From the NCBI RefSeq assembly GCF_965267305.1, contig NZ_OZ253945.1, positions 477,055 through 541,054 on the forward strand: a stretch of DNA of 64,000 nt. The letters are read 5' to 3'. This document shows positions 1 to 10,149 of this stretch, in pieces (within the stretch, counting starts at the first letter, position 1; each line of letters begins with the position of its first letter). Source of the DNA: Hyphococcus sp. Lineage in GTDB: Bacteria > Pseudomonadota > Alphaproteobacteria > Caulobacterales > Parvularculaceae. The notes beneath the pieces were generated by a model. That model was given only the letters and a program-made list of their open reading frames with translations, was not told the origin of the DNA and searched no databases. A program made the translations under genes and the position numbers.

Positions 1-595
1 GGGGATCGCGCTTCTCGGCGTCGTCTGGATGATGGGCGTCTTCCTTTATCGCCTGATGGGGAAGGAGCGGCGCGCCAGACTCTCGAATGGCGGCGTGATC
101 GCGGCGAGCCTCGCCGCTGGGCTTCCCATCGCCATGTATTTTGCAGCGCGGCTCTTCGACCTCAATGACGTGCTCTTTGAAATGAGTTTCCGGGTCGCGG
201 CGGATCTTGGGCTTCAGGGGGCCGTGGGACGCGCTGAACTTTTCATCTGGCACTGGTTCGTGGGCGCGCTTGTGGGCGTTCATTTCTGGAGCGTCGCGAT
301 GCTGCTCAGGAACCGGCCAGGCGAGGCGCCCCAATGGCTCTCCCGGCCCATACGCTGGCTCGCCGGAGCGTCGTTCTCGATCTATCTCGTCCATTACCCT
401 GTAATGCAGGCTCTTCACGCTATCCTCGCCGGCGATCCCGCCAGTCCATACCGGATGGCGTTAATGGCGGCCCTGACCTTGGCCCTATGCCTGGTCTTCG
501 CCGAACTGTTTGAACGCCCGCTGCCGACCTTCAGGAGACAGCTCCGCGGTTTGGCGGCGCAGTTTTCTTCGGCTTCTACCCGTATTGCCTCCTGA
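1..595 (+). CDS. acyltransferase family 3 (OafA-type) membrane protein, C-terminal part; the 5' end lies outside the window
   Basis: The frame is open from the window edge (listed ORF 29..595). The sequence is multi-TM and hydrophobic, with an FSIYLVHYPV motif typical of acyltransferase_3 proteins. Confidence 0.6.
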   Translation, partial: GIALLGVVWMMGVFLYRLMGKERRARLSNGGVIAASLAAGLPIAMYFAARLFDLNDVLFEMSFRVAADLGLQGAVGRAELFIWHWFVGALVGVHFWSVAMLLRNRPGEAPQWLSRPIRWLAGASFSIYLVHYPVMQALHAILAGDPASPYRMALMAALTLALCLVFAELFERPLPTFRRQLRGLAAQFSSASTRIAS

Positions 596-704
596 AAAAT
601 AAGGTTTTTTCCGAAAGAAAATTCTACGGGAAAAATTTACTTGGCATGAGAACAAAAAGGGAATAAAGAACAAATAACGAACTCGGGAACCAAGGGAGCG
701 TCTT

Positions 705-800
705 ATGGAAAACGAAAGCTTGCGCGACGTCGTCGGACTCGGCGTACTCATTCTGGTCATCGGCGCGGCCCAGTTCTGGAGCGTCATTCTCGGGGCGTAA
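705..800 (+). CDS. candidate small membrane protein (31 aa: MENESLRDVVGLGVLILVIGAAQFWSVILGA)
   Basis: It is below the size cutoff of the ORF track. The ATG at 705 is preceded by AAGGGAG at 692-698 (6-nt spacing). It has one clear TM helix and a TAA stop at 798-800. It lies in the intergenic gap upstream of dnaE. Confidence 0.35.
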   Translation: MENESLRDVVGLGVLILVIGAAQFWSVILGA

Positions 801-840
801 TCGGCGTTCCTTTACATCCGAAGCTGGTAGGGACGCGAAG

Positions 841-3800
841 GTGACGGCGCACTTCATCCATTTGCATCTGCACTCGGCCTATTCTCTCGCCGAGGGAGCG
901 ATCCCCATCGGCCGGGTGAAGGATCTCTGCCTCAAAGCGGGGATGCCCGCGGTCGCGGTCACCGACACCAACAATCTCTTCGGCGCGCTGGAAGCCTCTG
1001 TCACCCTCGCCGGGGCCGGGATCCAGCCCATCGCCGGGCTTCAACAGGCTTTTGACGGCGCCGATTTCGGGCTCCAGACCCCTCGCGGCGGACGCCAGCC
1101 CTTCCTCGTCCTCCTCGCCCAGTCTGAGGCCGGTTATCAGAACCTTCTGAAGGTGACGAGCGAGGCGTTTTTGAACTCCCGCTCGGAAGAGGGGACCTGC
1201 GCCGGTCTCGACTGGCTGGAAAGCCATAGCGACGGCGTCATCTGCCTTACCGGCGGCTATGACGGGCCTGTCGACCGGCTTCTGCGCGAGGACCGCAAGG
1301 CGGAGGCGAAGGCGGCGCTTCAGAAGCTTGCAGGCCTTTTTCCGGACCGGCTTTACGTCGAACTCCAGCGCCACGCCGCGCGCGACGATGAAAGCGTCGA
1401 GGAAGACCTCATCGATTTCGCCTACGAACTCGATCTGCCGCTTGTCGCAACCAACGAACCATTCTTTCCGACCCCGGACGATTATGAGGCCCATGACGCG
1501 CTTCTCTGCATCGCCGAGGGCGCCTATGTGCATCAGGACGACCGGCGGACGGTGACGCCCGACCATTATTTCAAATCGACGGAGGAGATGGCGGCGCTCT
1601 TCGCCGATCTGCCCGAAGCAATCGAGAACACTGTCGAAGTGGCGAGACGCTGCGCCTACCGGCCGCGTTTCCGCGATCCGATCCTGCCGCGCTTTGCGGG
1701 CGAGGGGGAGGAGGCCGCCGCCGCCGAGGCCATGGAGCTTGAGCGGCAGGCGCGCGAAGGTCTCAAGGCGCGGCTGCGCGCTCATGAACCCGCGGCCGAT
1801 GAAAGCGAATATTGGGACCGGCTCAAGGTCGAACTCGACATCATCAACCGGATGGGGTTTCCGGGCTACTTCCTCATCGTCGCCGACTTCATTAAATGGG
1901 CAAAGCGCGAGGGTGTGCCCGTGGGGCCGGGCCGCGGCTCCGGCGCGGGGTCGCTCGTCGCATGGGCGCTGACCATCACCGATCTCGACCCCTTGCGGTT
2001 CGGGCTCCTCTTCGAGCGCTTCCTCAATCCCGAACGCGTCTCCATGCCGGACTTCGATATCGACTTCTGTCAGGACCGCCGCGACGAGGTGATCCGCTAC
2101 GTTCAGGGAAAATACGGCCGCGACCGCGTCGCCCAGATCATCACCTTCGGAAAGCTGCAGGCGCGGGCCGTGCTGCGCGATGTGGGCCGCGTCCTCAACA
2201 TGCCGTTCGGGCAGGTCGACCGCATCTGCAAGCTGGTGCCGAACAATCCGGCCAATCCCGTGACGCTCGCCGAGGCGCTCGAGACCGAACCGCGCCTCAA
2301 GGAACAGCGCGACGAGGACGAGGCCGTAGCGGCGCTCATTGAAAAAGCGCTGAAGCTCGAAGGGCTCTACCGTCACGCCTCGACCCATGCAGCCGGCGTC
2401 GTCATTGGCGACCGGCCGCTCGACGAGCTTGTGCCGCTTTACCGCGATCCGCGCTCCGACATGCCGGCGACCCAGTTCAACATGAAATGGGTGGAGCCGG
2501 CGGGCCTCGTTAAATTCGACTTCTTGGGATTAAAGACGCTCACCGTCATCGCCCGCGCCGTCGGCTACGCGGCCGAGCGCGGGATCGATCTCAAAATGGA
2601 GGAGATCCCTCTCGACGACAAGCCGACCTTCGAAATGCTGGGCGAGGGCGCGGCGACGGGGGTCTTCCAGCTGGAAAGCACCGGCATGCGCTCGACGCTG
2701 CGCGCTATGAAGCCGGACACGCTGGAAGACATTATCGCGCTCGTCTCGCTCTACCGTCCGGGCCCGATGGAGAACATCCCCACTTACATCGAACGCAAAC
2801 AGGGCCGTCAGGAGCCGGATTATCTCCACCCGCTGCTCGAGGGCGTGCTGAAGGAAACCTACGGCGTCATCATCTATCAGGAACAGGTGATGCAGATCGC
2901 GCAAATTCTTTCCGGCTATTCGCTGGGCGAGGCCGACCTTCTGCGCCGCGCCATGGGCAAAAAGAAAAAGGAGGAGATGGATCTTCAGCGCGTGCGTTTT
3001 GTCGACGGCGCCAAAGAAAAAGGCGTTCCGGCGGCGAAATCCTCCTCCATCTTCGATCTGGTTCAGAAATTCGCAGGCTACGGCTTCAACAAATCCCACG
3101 CCGCGGCCTACGCCTATATCGCCTATCAGACGGCCTGGCTGAAAGCCAACTATCCGGCGGAGTTTCTCGCGGCGTCCATGTCTCTCGACCGCGCCAACAC
3201 CGACAAGCTAGCGATCTTCCTGAAAGAGGCGCGGCGCACCGAGGTGAAAGTTCTGCCGCCGCACATCAATCATTCGGAAGCCGACTTCTCCGTGAAAGAC
3301 GGCGCCATTGTCTATGCCCTCTCGGCGGTGAAAAATGTCGGCGAAGGCGCCATGGCGCATATCGCACAGGAGCGGGCGCGAAACGGCCCGTTCAAGGACT
3401 TGATCGACTTCGCCGAGCGTGTGGACCTCAAGCAGGTAGGCAAGCGCTCCCTGGAAAACCTCGCCCGCGCCGGAGCGCTCGACGGTCTTTGCGCCTCGCG
3501 GGCGCAGGCTTTCGCGTCCGCCGAGCTTCTGATCCGCACCTCTGCGGCGCATCAGGAAGAACAGCAAAGCGATCAGGGCGGACTATTCGCCCTCGACGAT
3601 GCGCCGGCGCTCGCCAAGCCGAAACTGCCCGCCGCTGAGGAATGGACGCCGCAGGTGCGCCTCGACGAAGAACGCGCCGCCGTCGGGTTCTATTTCAGCG
3701 GGCACCCCCTCGATGATTACGAAAAGGAGCTGAAGCGCCTCAATGTCGCGACCTATGCGGAGGCGCAGGCGCGCGCCAAAACCGGGCGCGCCGCGCTGCA

Positions 3801-4287
3801 GATGGCCGGCGTCATTCGCACGGTCCGCATGCGCCGCTCGAAAACCGGCAAGCCCTTCGCCTGGGTCGAAATGTCGGACCAGAGCGGTGAATATGAAATC
3901 ACCGTTTTTTCTGAAACACTGAACGCGTCGCGCGATCTCATGGAGTCGGGGTCTCTTGTGCTCGTCGGCGTCACCGTGGAGGAGCGCGATGGCGATGTGC
4001 GCTTCACCTGCGAGACCATGCGCGGTCTCGATGCGGCGGCGGCGTCGACCGTTTCGCAATTGCGGGTCTCGGTGACCTCGCCTGACGCGCTTGAGGGGTT
4101 GAAACGCCGGCTCGCTTCGGTGCGGCCGGCGAGCCCCCGGGAAAGCGGCTCCGTCGTCGTTGTCATGCGCCTGCCGGAAACCGGCCGTGAGGTCGATCTT
4201 GCCCTGCCAGGCGTCGCCGCCTGCACGCCGGCCATGCGCGGGGCTTTGCGCAGCATCAACGGCGTCGCCGACGTGGAATTGATTTAG
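841..4287 (+). CDS. dnaE: DNA polymerase III alpha subunit
   Basis: 1148 aa. The N-terminal PHP motif is FIHLHLHSAYSLAEGAI. The sequence also contains the polymerase core motifs PDFDIDF, GLLKFDFLGLKTL and YGFNKSHAAAYA. The start codon is GTG. Confidence 0.97.
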   Translation: MTAHFIHLHLHSAYSLAEGAIPIGRVKDLCLKAGMPAVAVTDTNNLFGALEASVTLAGAGIQPIAGLQQAFDGADFGLQTPRGGRQPFLVLLAQSEAGYQNLLKVTSEAFLNSRSEEGTCAGLDWLESHSDGVICLTGGYDGPVDRLLREDRKAEAKAALQKLAGLFPDRLYVELQRHAARDDESVEEDLIDFAYELDLPLVATNEPFFPTPDDYEAHDALLCIAEGAYVHQDDRRTVTPDHYFKSTEEMAALFADLPEAIENTVEVARRCAYRPRFRDPILPRFAGEGEEAAAAEAMELERQAREGLKARLRAHEPAADESEYWDRLKVELDIINRMGFPGYFLIVADFIKWAKREGVPVGPGRGSGAGSLVAWALTITDLDPLRFGLLFERFLNPERVSMPDFDIDFCQDRRDEVIRYVQGKYGRDRVAQIITFGKLQARAVLRDVGRVLNMPFGQVDRICKLVPNNPANPVTLAEALETEPRLKEQRDEDEAVAALIEKALKLEGLYRHASTHAAGVVIGDRPLDELVPLYRDPRSDMPATQFNMKWVEPAGLVKFDFLGLKTLTVIARAVGYAAERGIDLKMEEIPLDDKPTFEMLGEGAATGVFQLESTGMRSTLRAMKPDTLEDIIALVSLYRPGPMENIPTYIERKQGRQEPDYLHPLLEGVLKETYGVIIYQEQVMQIAQILSGYSLGEADLLRRAMGKKKKEEMDLQRVRFVDGAKEKGVPAAKSSSIFDLVQKFAGYGFNKSHAAAYAYIAYQTAWLKANYPAEFLAASMSLDRANTDKLAIFLKEARRTEVKVLPPHINHSEADFSVKDGAIVYALSAVKNVGEGAMAHIAQERARNGPFKDLIDFAERVDLKQVGKRSLENLARAGALDGLCASRAQAFASAELLIRTSAAHQEEQQSDQGGLFALDDAPALAKPKLPAAEEWTPQVRLDEERAAVGFYFSGHPLDDYEKELKRLNVATYAEAQARAKTGRAALQMAGVIRTVRMRRSKTGKPFAWVEMSDQSGEYEITVFSETLNASRDLMESGSLVLVGVTVEERDGDVRFTCETMRGLDAAAASTVSQLRVSVTSPDALEGLKRRLASVRPASPRESGSVVVVMRLPETGREVDLALPGVAACTPAMRGALRSINGVADVELI

Positions 4288-4297
4288 GCGAACCGGC

Positions 4298-5167
4298 CTA
4301 GAGGCTGTGTTTCAGAAAAGATCTCAAAGCGTCTGAAAATTCAGGACGTTTCAGGCCCAACGTGATGTTCGCTTTAAGCCAGCTCAGCTTGTCGCCACAA
4401 TCGTGACTCTGGCCCTCATATTCGAACGCGTAAAAGGACTGGGTTTTCATCAGCGCGTCCATGGCGTCGGTGAGCTGGATTTCCCCGCCCGCGCCCCTTG
4501 GCGTCGTTTCAAGGAGCCTGAAAATCTCCGGCTGGAGGATGTAGCGCCCGGTGATGGCGAGGTTCGACGGCGCGACCGCCGGGTCGGGCTTTTCAACCAT
4601 GCCCGACATTTCAAACAAGCGCCCGGAACGCTCGCCCTTTGGCGCGACGACGCCGTATTTATTAGTGTCTTCTTTCGCCACTTCCTCGACGGCGATGATG
4701 TTGCCGCCGGTCTTTTCATATTGCGTCACCATCTGGGCGAGGCATCCCGGCTTGCCGTCGATAACGACATCGGGAAGCGATACGGCGAAGGGTTCGTCAC
4801 CGATAATGTCGCGCGCGCACCAGACCGCATGACCAAGGCCTAGCGGCGCCTGCTGGCGGGTGTAGGAAAGCGCGCCCGCTTTCGGAATGACGCCGCGCAC
4901 GCTGTCGAGAATGGCGGTTTTCTTTTTCGCCTCGAGCCCCGCCTCGAGTTCGAAGGCGTGATCGAAATAATCCTCGATCGCGCCTTTGCCGCGCCCGGTG
5001 ACAAGCACGACGTGCTCCATCCCCGCCTCGAAGGCTTCGTTGACCACATAGTCGATCAGCGGCCGGTCGACGAGCGGCAACAATTCCTTCGGCGTCGATT
5101 TCGTTGCAGGCAGAACGCGCGTGCCGTGGCCGGCGACGGGAATGACGACTTTGCGGAGAGGCTTCAT
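4298..5167 (-). CDS. galU: UTP--glucose-1-phosphate uridylyltransferase
   Basis: 289 aa. The N-terminus KVVIPVAGHGTRVLPATKSTPKELLPLVDRPLI is the classic GalU nucleotide-binding signature. Confidence 0.93.
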   Translation of the reverse strand: MKPLRKVVIPVAGHGTRVLPATKSTPKELLPLVDRPLIDYVVNEAFEAGMEHVVLVTGRGKGAIEDYFDHAFELEAGLEAKKKTAILDSVRGVIPKAGALSYTRQQAPLGLGHAVWCARDIIGDEPFAVSLPDVVIDGKPGCLAQMVTQYEKTGGNIIAVEEVAKEDTNKYGVVAPKGERSGRLFEMSGMVEKPDPAVAPSNLAITGRYILQPEIFRLLETTPRGAGGEIQLTDAMDALMKTQSFYAFEYEGQSHDCGDKLSWLKANITLGLKRPEFSDALRSFLKHSL

Positions 5168-5411
5168 GAGGCTTCCATTATCTCTGCGTTAACACTTTCA
5201 GGGCGCCATCAAGACTTTGATAGCGGTTCGATCTTATCCTTGTCCCGGCGGCGAAGATCAACCGGCCGCCGCGCGGGAAGGGCGTTCCGCATCAAATGGC
5301 CTTATGGGCGCCTTGAAACCGTCCGGACGAAAGGCTGTTCTTGCACCGGGGCGGGGCTCTGCGCATATGGTTGAGGCGCGGATCGCGCCCGTGCAGGGCC
5401 GAGAGACATGT

Positions 5412-6227
5412 ATGAGCGATGAAAACGAAGCAAAATCAAGGGAGTCAGCTGGCGCCCGCAATCCGCTGGGCGGCGAGGGGCCGTTGATTCAACCGAAGAA
5501 ACAGAGCTTTTTCGCCGGCCTCTGGTCGAATTTTCTAGCCGGCGTCGCAGTCGTGGCGCCCATCGGCATCACCATCTGGCTTTTTTATCTCCTCTTCACC
5601 GGCCCGATGGCGAACCTTGACGCCTTCGTCAAACGCACGCTGCCCGCCGGAAATTACGAAACTGTAGTACAGGTGATACCCGGCATCGGGGTTCTCCTCG
5701 CTTTCATCGTCATCATTCTCGTCGGCGTTTTCGCCAAGAACATCATCGGCCGGTCTTTCATCCGCGCAGGCGAGCGTCTGTTCGAATCCGTTCCTGTGGT
5801 TCGCAATGTCTTCGGTTTCTTCAAGAACGTTTTCGAAACGGCGCTGCGCCAGTCGGACCGGTCGTTCAAGGAAGTGGCGCTGGTGGAATATCCGCGCACC
5901 GGCGCCTGGGTCATGGCCTTCGTCGTCGGCGAAACAAAGGGCGAAGTGCGCGCGCGGCTCGACGATATGGGCGATCATCTGACCTCAATTTTCATTCCGA
6001 CTGTGCCGAACCCGACCTCCGGCTTTCTGCTTTTCGTGCCGCGCAAGGATCTGCGCATCCTGAAAATGACGGTGGAGGAAGCGGCCAAGGTGGTTTTCTC
6101 GCTCGGTCTTGTCACGCCGGAATATGCGGACGGCGCCGAGGCGGCGCGGCGGCTCGAAGCGCTCGCCGAAGAAGCGCGGAACGAAAAGGCGCCGCTGCGC
6201 AAACGGCTATTCAGCAAGAAAGCCTAG
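5412..6227 (+). CDS. DUF502-family membrane protein
   Basis: It has two N-terminal TM helices followed by the conserved IFIPTVPNPTSGFLLFVP motif. I prefer the ATG at 5412 over the upstream part of listed ORF 5217..6227, which looks like non-coding read-through. Confidence 0.8.
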   Translation: MSDENEAKSRESAGARNPLGGEGPLIQPKKQSFFAGLWSNFLAGVAVVAPIGITIWLFYLLFTGPMANLDAFVKRTLPAGNYETVVQVIPGIGVLLAFIVIILVGVFAKNIIGRSFIRAGERLFESVPVVRNVFGFFKNVFETALRQSDRSFKEVALVEYPRTGAWVMAFVVGETKGEVRARLDDMGDHLTSIFIPTVPNPTSGFLLFVPRKDLRILKMTVEEAAKVVFSLGLVTPEYADGAEAARRLEALAEEARNEKAPLRKRLFSKKA

Positions 6228-8308
6228 CCCGCACTGAGCAATTTCACGGCATCATCGCGGCTGAAAAGATAGAGCAGGGTGCGCAGCGCTTCGCCCCTCG
6301 GCGTGCGTAATTCAGGATCGCGATCGATAATCATTTTGGCGTCGTCACGCGCAGCGGCGAGAAGCTCGCCGTGAACTGCGATGTCGGCGAGGCGAAAGCG
6401 CGGGAAACCGGATTGCGCCGCGCCAAGAAAATCACCCGCGCCGCGCAGGCGCAGATCCTCCTCGGCGATGACGAAACCGTCCTCTGTGTCGCGCAACACT
6501 TTGAGGCGCGCTTTCGCGGTTTCGCCGAGCGGCGGTTTGTATAAGAGGATGCAACTCGACTTCTTGTCGCCGCGCCCGACGCGCCCGCGCAGCTGATGCA
6601 GCTGGGCGAGGCCGAAACGCTCCGCATGTTCGATAATCATGATGGTGGCGTTGGGCGCGTTGACGCCGACTTCGATCACCGTCGTTGCAATCAGAACGGA
6701 TAAGTCGCCGCGATAGAATTTCTCCATCACGGCGTCCTTGTCCGGGCCCGACATACGGCCGTGAACGAGACCGACGCGATCGCCGAGTACGGCTTTCAGA
6801 CTCTCGAAGCGTTCTTCCGCTGCGGTGAGATCGATGATGTCGGATTCCTCCACCAGCGGGCACACCCAATAGGCCTGATTGCCTTCCGCGGCGGCGCGCC
6901 TCACCGCCGCTATCATTTCATCAAGCCGGCTCATGGGAATGGCGCGTGTATCGACCGGCTTTCGTCCCGGCGGTTTTTCTGTGATGCGGCTATGCTCCAT
7001 ATCGCCATAGGCGGTGAGGGCGAGGGTGCGCGGGATCGGCGTCGCCGTCATCACGAGGAGATCCGGCTTCGGGCCTTTCTGCGTCAGCGCAATGCGCTGG
7101 CGCACGCCGAAACGGTGCTGTTCGTCGATGACGACGAGGGCAAGATCTTTGAACTCGACGCCTTCCTGAAACAGCGCATGCGTGCCCATCAGAATATCGA
7201 TCTCGCCGCGTTTCAGCCGTTCGAGTTTTTCATTTCGCGCGGCGCCCTTGTCGCGGCCGGTGAGGATTTCCATGCGGACGCCGGTCGCCGCCGCGAGATC
7301 GGCGAGCGATTCCAGATGCTGGCGCGCGAGAATTTCCGTGGGGGCCATCAACGCGGCTTGCGCGCCTGTTTCAATCGCGCCGAGCATGGCAAAGAAAGCA
7401 ACGATGGTTTTGCCAGAGCCGACGTCGCCTTGAAGCAGCCGCACCATACGTTCGTTGGATCGCATGTCGGCGAAGATTTCCTTCAACGCTTCCGTCTGCG
7501 CGCCGGTCAATGAAAACGGCAGCGCTTTTTTTGCGATGGCGATGCGCTTGCCATCGCCTTTGATGGCGCGGCCCTTGGTCTTGACGCGCGCCTTGCGAAT
7601 GAGCGCGAGCGCAAGCTGGTTGGCGAGGAGTTCGTCAAAGGCGAGGCGTTGGCGCGCGGGAGAGAGGAGCGATAATTCTTCTTGCGCTGAAGGGGCGTGA
7701 ACAATGTGGAGCGCCTTCTTCCAGCTATCCCAGTGATGTTTGGCAAGCCAATTCGGCTCCTGCCATTCGCTAAGTTCCGGCGCGCGCGCAACCGCCTGCG
7801 CCGCCGCCTTGCGCATCACCGCCGCGGACAGTCCCGCCGTCAGCGGATAGATCGCTTCATGCAGCGGCATGTCGCCGGGTTTGTCCGGATCGGCGATGTA
7901 ATCGGGATGCGTCATCTGACGGGCGCCTTTGAACTCCTCGACCTTGCCGGAAACAAGACGCCGCGCGCCTTCTGGCAATTGCTTCGTCAAATAATCCGCG
8001 CGCGCATGAAAAAAGACGAGCGTCACGAAACCGGTCTCGTCAGAGCAGATGACTTTGTAAGGCGCGCGCCGGCCTTTCGGGCCGGGCTCATGCCGGTCGA
8101 CCGTGACCTCCAGCGTGACGATGCGCCCCTCGGGCGCGTCGGCGACTTTCGGACGGAAGGAGCGGTCCACAAGTCCCGAAGGCGGCGTCAGGATAAGGTC
8201 GACCACGCGCGGGCCGGCCGCGCGGCCGATCAGCGCGGCGATCTTTGGGCCGACGCCGGTGAGGACAGTGATATCTGCAAAAAGAGGATTGAGAATGGCC
8301 GGCCGCAT
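6224..8308 (-). CDS. recG: ATP-dependent DNA helicase RecG
   Basis: 694 aa. It has an N-terminal wedge domain, the Walker A motif GDVGSGKT, DEQHRFG, and helicase motif VI QLHQLRGRVGRG. Confidence 0.95.
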   Translation of the reverse strand: MRPAILNPLFADITVLTGVGPKIAALIGRAAGPRVVDLILTPPSGLVDRSFRPKVADAPEGRIVTLEVTVDRHEPGPKGRRAPYKVICSDETGFVTLVFFHARADYLTKQLPEGARRLVSGKVEEFKGARQMTHPDYIADPDKPGDMPLHEAIYPLTAGLSAAVMRKAAAQAVARAPELSEWQEPNWLAKHHWDSWKKALHIVHAPSAQEELSLLSPARQRLAFDELLANQLALALIRKARVKTKGRAIKGDGKRIAIAKKALPFSLTGAQTEALKEIFADMRSNERMVRLLQGDVGSGKTIVAFFAMLGAIETGAQAALMAPTEILARQHLESLADLAAATGVRMEILTGRDKGAARNEKLERLKRGEIDILMGTHALFQEGVEFKDLALVVIDEQHRFGVRQRIALTQKGPKPDLLVMTATPIPRTLALTAYGDMEHSRITEKPPGRKPVDTRAIPMSRLDEMIAAVRRAAAEGNQAYWVCPLVEESDIIDLTAAEERFESLKAVLGDRVGLVHGRMSGPDKDAVMEKFYRGDLSVLIATTVIEVGVNAPNATIMIIEHAERFGLAQLHQLRGRVGRGDKKSSCILLYKPPLGETAKARLKVLRDTEDGFVIAEEDLRLRGAGDFLGAAQSGFPRFRLADIAVHGELLAAARDDAKMIIDRDPELRTPRGEALRTLLYLFSRDDAVKLLSAG

Positions 8309-8384
8309 GGCGCTTCAATAGCGCTGTTCTCAGGTCTTTTCCATTTCGCTCGAAGGGCTAAAAGGCGGGATAAGGAGTTCATGG

Positions 8385-8777
8385 ATGCTAAGATCGCTCG
8401 CTGCCATCATCATCGCCGTCATCGCCGGTCTCGCCGCTGCGAAAAGCGTCGAGGGCGGCGGGGCGGCCCTTGCGGGCGTTGAGGCTCCGTCTGCGCTCTA
8501 TGGCGTTTTCTTGCTCGCAGGCTGGCTAGTCGGCGCCTTTGTCGCCGCCATGCTCGCGCTCATGATTGGCGGCCGGTGGGCGCCCCTGGGCGCGCTTGGC
8601 GCCGCGTCGATTTGCTTCGCGGCGTTCATGACGCTTATTTCCAATCCGCTGTCGTGGATGCTGTGGCCGGGCGCAATCATCGCCGCAGGCCTGGGCGGGT
8701 TTGCGGCGGTGCGGATCACCGGCGCGAAAATGCAGCACCCCGGCCTGACGCGTAAGCACGGTCTGTTCGATGAGTGA
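8385..8777 (+). CDS. hypothetical membrane protein (about 4 TM)
   Basis: 130 aa and strongly hydrophobic. AAGGAG at 8372-8377 lies 7 nt before the ATG. No domain recognised. Confidence 0.55.
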   Translation: MLRSLAAIIIAVIAGLAAAKSVEGGGAALAGVEAPSALYGVFLLAGWLVGAFVAAMLALMIGGRWAPLGALGAASICFAAFMTLISNPLSWMLWPGAIIAAGLGGFAAVRITGAKMQHPGLTRKHGLFDE

Positions 8778-9546
8778 CGCGATCCCGGCCGCGACCATCA
8801 TCCTGTTGCGCGACGAGCCGCGTTTCGAAACGCTGATGGTGGCGCGTCACGCCAATATCGCCTTCGCTGGCGGGGCCATGGTGTTTCCCGGCGGGCGCAT
8901 CGATGCGGGCGATCATGCCCCAGGGTGGAAAGACCATTGCAACGGCGCGGAGGGCGTTCCGGAAGATCAGCTTGCTCCCCGCATCGCCGCCATTCGGGAA
9001 GCCTTCGAAGAGACGGGGCTTCTGTTGGCGCGGCGCGGAGGGCGGATGATCGGGGCAGAAGCGGCGGCGCTCGGGTCCTGGCGAAAGCGCGTCGAGGACA
9101 ATGACGCGTTGTTCCTTGAAATGATCAAAGGCGAAGGTCTGCGGCTCGCCCTTGATGAATTGCATTTCTTCGCCCGCTGGCGGCCGGGGTCAGAGGTTCC
9201 GCATCGTCGTTACGACACTTGGTTTTTCGCGGCGCGCGCGCCCGAAGCGCAAATCGCCGAGGAAGATGGCGGCGAAGCGACGGAGGTCGTCTGGGCGCCG
9301 CCCTCTGCGCTCCTCGCCGACCGTGACGCAGGCCGGCGCAAGATGATCTTTCCCACATCGCGCAATGTGGAGCTGTTGAATGTGAGTCCTTCCGCATCGG
9401 AGGTCTTCGATTTCGCCGCCAGGAGGAGGATCGATCTCATAGAGCCGCGCATCATCGAACGTAACGGCAACATGTTCCTCACCATCCCGGACGATATGGG
9501 CTATCCGGTGACGGAAGAAATTCTCGAAACCGCCATGAGGGATTAG
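8770..9546 (+). CDS. NUDIX-family hydrolase
   Basis: 258 aa. It has a Nudix-box-like segment FPGGRIDAG...AAIREAFEETGLLLA. It overlaps the upstream ORF by 8 nt. Confidence 0.7.
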   Translation: MSDAIPAATIILLRDEPRFETLMVARHANIAFAGGAMVFPGGRIDAGDHAPGWKDHCNGAEGVPEDQLAPRIAAIREAFEETGLLLARRGGRMIGAEAAALGSWRKRVEDNDALFLEMIKGEGLRLALDELHFFARWRPGSEVPHRRYDTWFFAARAPEAQIAEEDGGEATEVVWAPPSALLADRDAGRRKMIFPTSRNVELLNVSPSASEVFDFAARRRIDLIEPRIIERNGNMFLTIPDDMGYPVTEEILETAMRD

Positions 9547-10148
9547 GGGCGGCTGCTCGTTTCGCGAAAATAGTGAGAAATGGCGCGGCGCGTATATTCA
9601 AGCGCGATGGCGTCATAGAGCGCATGCGCGGCGATCGGCGCGAGAAGATTGTCCGTCGCCGCGTAAAGAATGCCGAGATAAACCCCGACCAGTCCAGCGA
9701 TGAACGCATAAAGCGCCGTGCGCATATGCATCATGCCGAAAATAATATTGGTTGCGATGATGGCCACTGCCTCCGGCGCGAAACCGGTCATCCAGGTCTG
9801 CAGAACGCCGCGAAACAAAAGCTCTTCGGAAATGCCGGCGGCGATCGCCATGGCGGCGATGCGGGGCGGCGTGAACGAGAACCCGATTTCGGAAAAGAAT
9901 TTGATCTGCGATTTCCGGAAAGAGGCGAAATGTTCAAGCGTGGTGTTGGAAAACCACCACAGGAACGCCGCGAGCGGCGCCGTCGCGATGACGCCAATGA
10001 GAACCGCATCGACGTCCATGTTGAATTGCGGGCCTAGCGGCGTCTCGAAGAGGAAACTCAAGCCAATGGCGGCGAGCCCCATCAGCGCCGTGCCGCCAAC
10101 GACAATCAGAAAAGTGCGTTCCTCCGAAGGCGGGTTCCGGTCCGCCAT
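9543..10148 (-). CDS. CPBP-family (CAAX/Abi) intramembrane metalloprotease
   Basis: 201 aa and multi-TM. It carries the EELLFRG and FGMMH motifs and a C-terminal HALYD motif, which are characteristic of CPBP proteases. Confidence 0.8.
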   Translation of the reverse strand: MADRNPPSEERTFLIVVGGTALMGLAAIGLSFLFETPLGPQFNMDVDAVLIGVIATAPLAAFLWWFSNTTLEHFASFRKSQIKFFSEIGFSFTPPRIAAMAIAAGISEELLFRGVLQTWMTGFAPEAVAIIATNIIFGMMHMRTALYAFIAGLVGVYLGILYAATDNLLAPIAAHALYDAIALEYTRRAISHYFRETSSRP

Positions 10149-10149
10149 G

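Noticed and set aside
784-2388. A 534-aa ORF antisense to dnaE. Similar long antisense ORFs occur at 21317-22447, 31409-32704, 32488-33375, 55544-56509, 57161-58771 and 59806-60927.
   Set aside because: All lie opposite genes with unmistakable conserved motifs. They are Arg/Gly/Ala/Pro-rich with no recognisable domains, and several are codon-aligned with the real gene. These are the typical stop-poor shadow frames of high-GC DNA.
5217-5411. N-terminal extensions of listed ORFs. Examples are 5217 (DUF502), 34444 (serine hydrolase), 51935 (serine hydrolase), 23332 (korA), 21440 (exported protein), 36674, 45994 and 43701.
   Set aside because: The extensions are Arg/Pro/Gly-rich, overlap neighbouring genes or lack an SD. 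In each case an internal ATG with an SD and/or a signal peptide gives a protein of canonical length.
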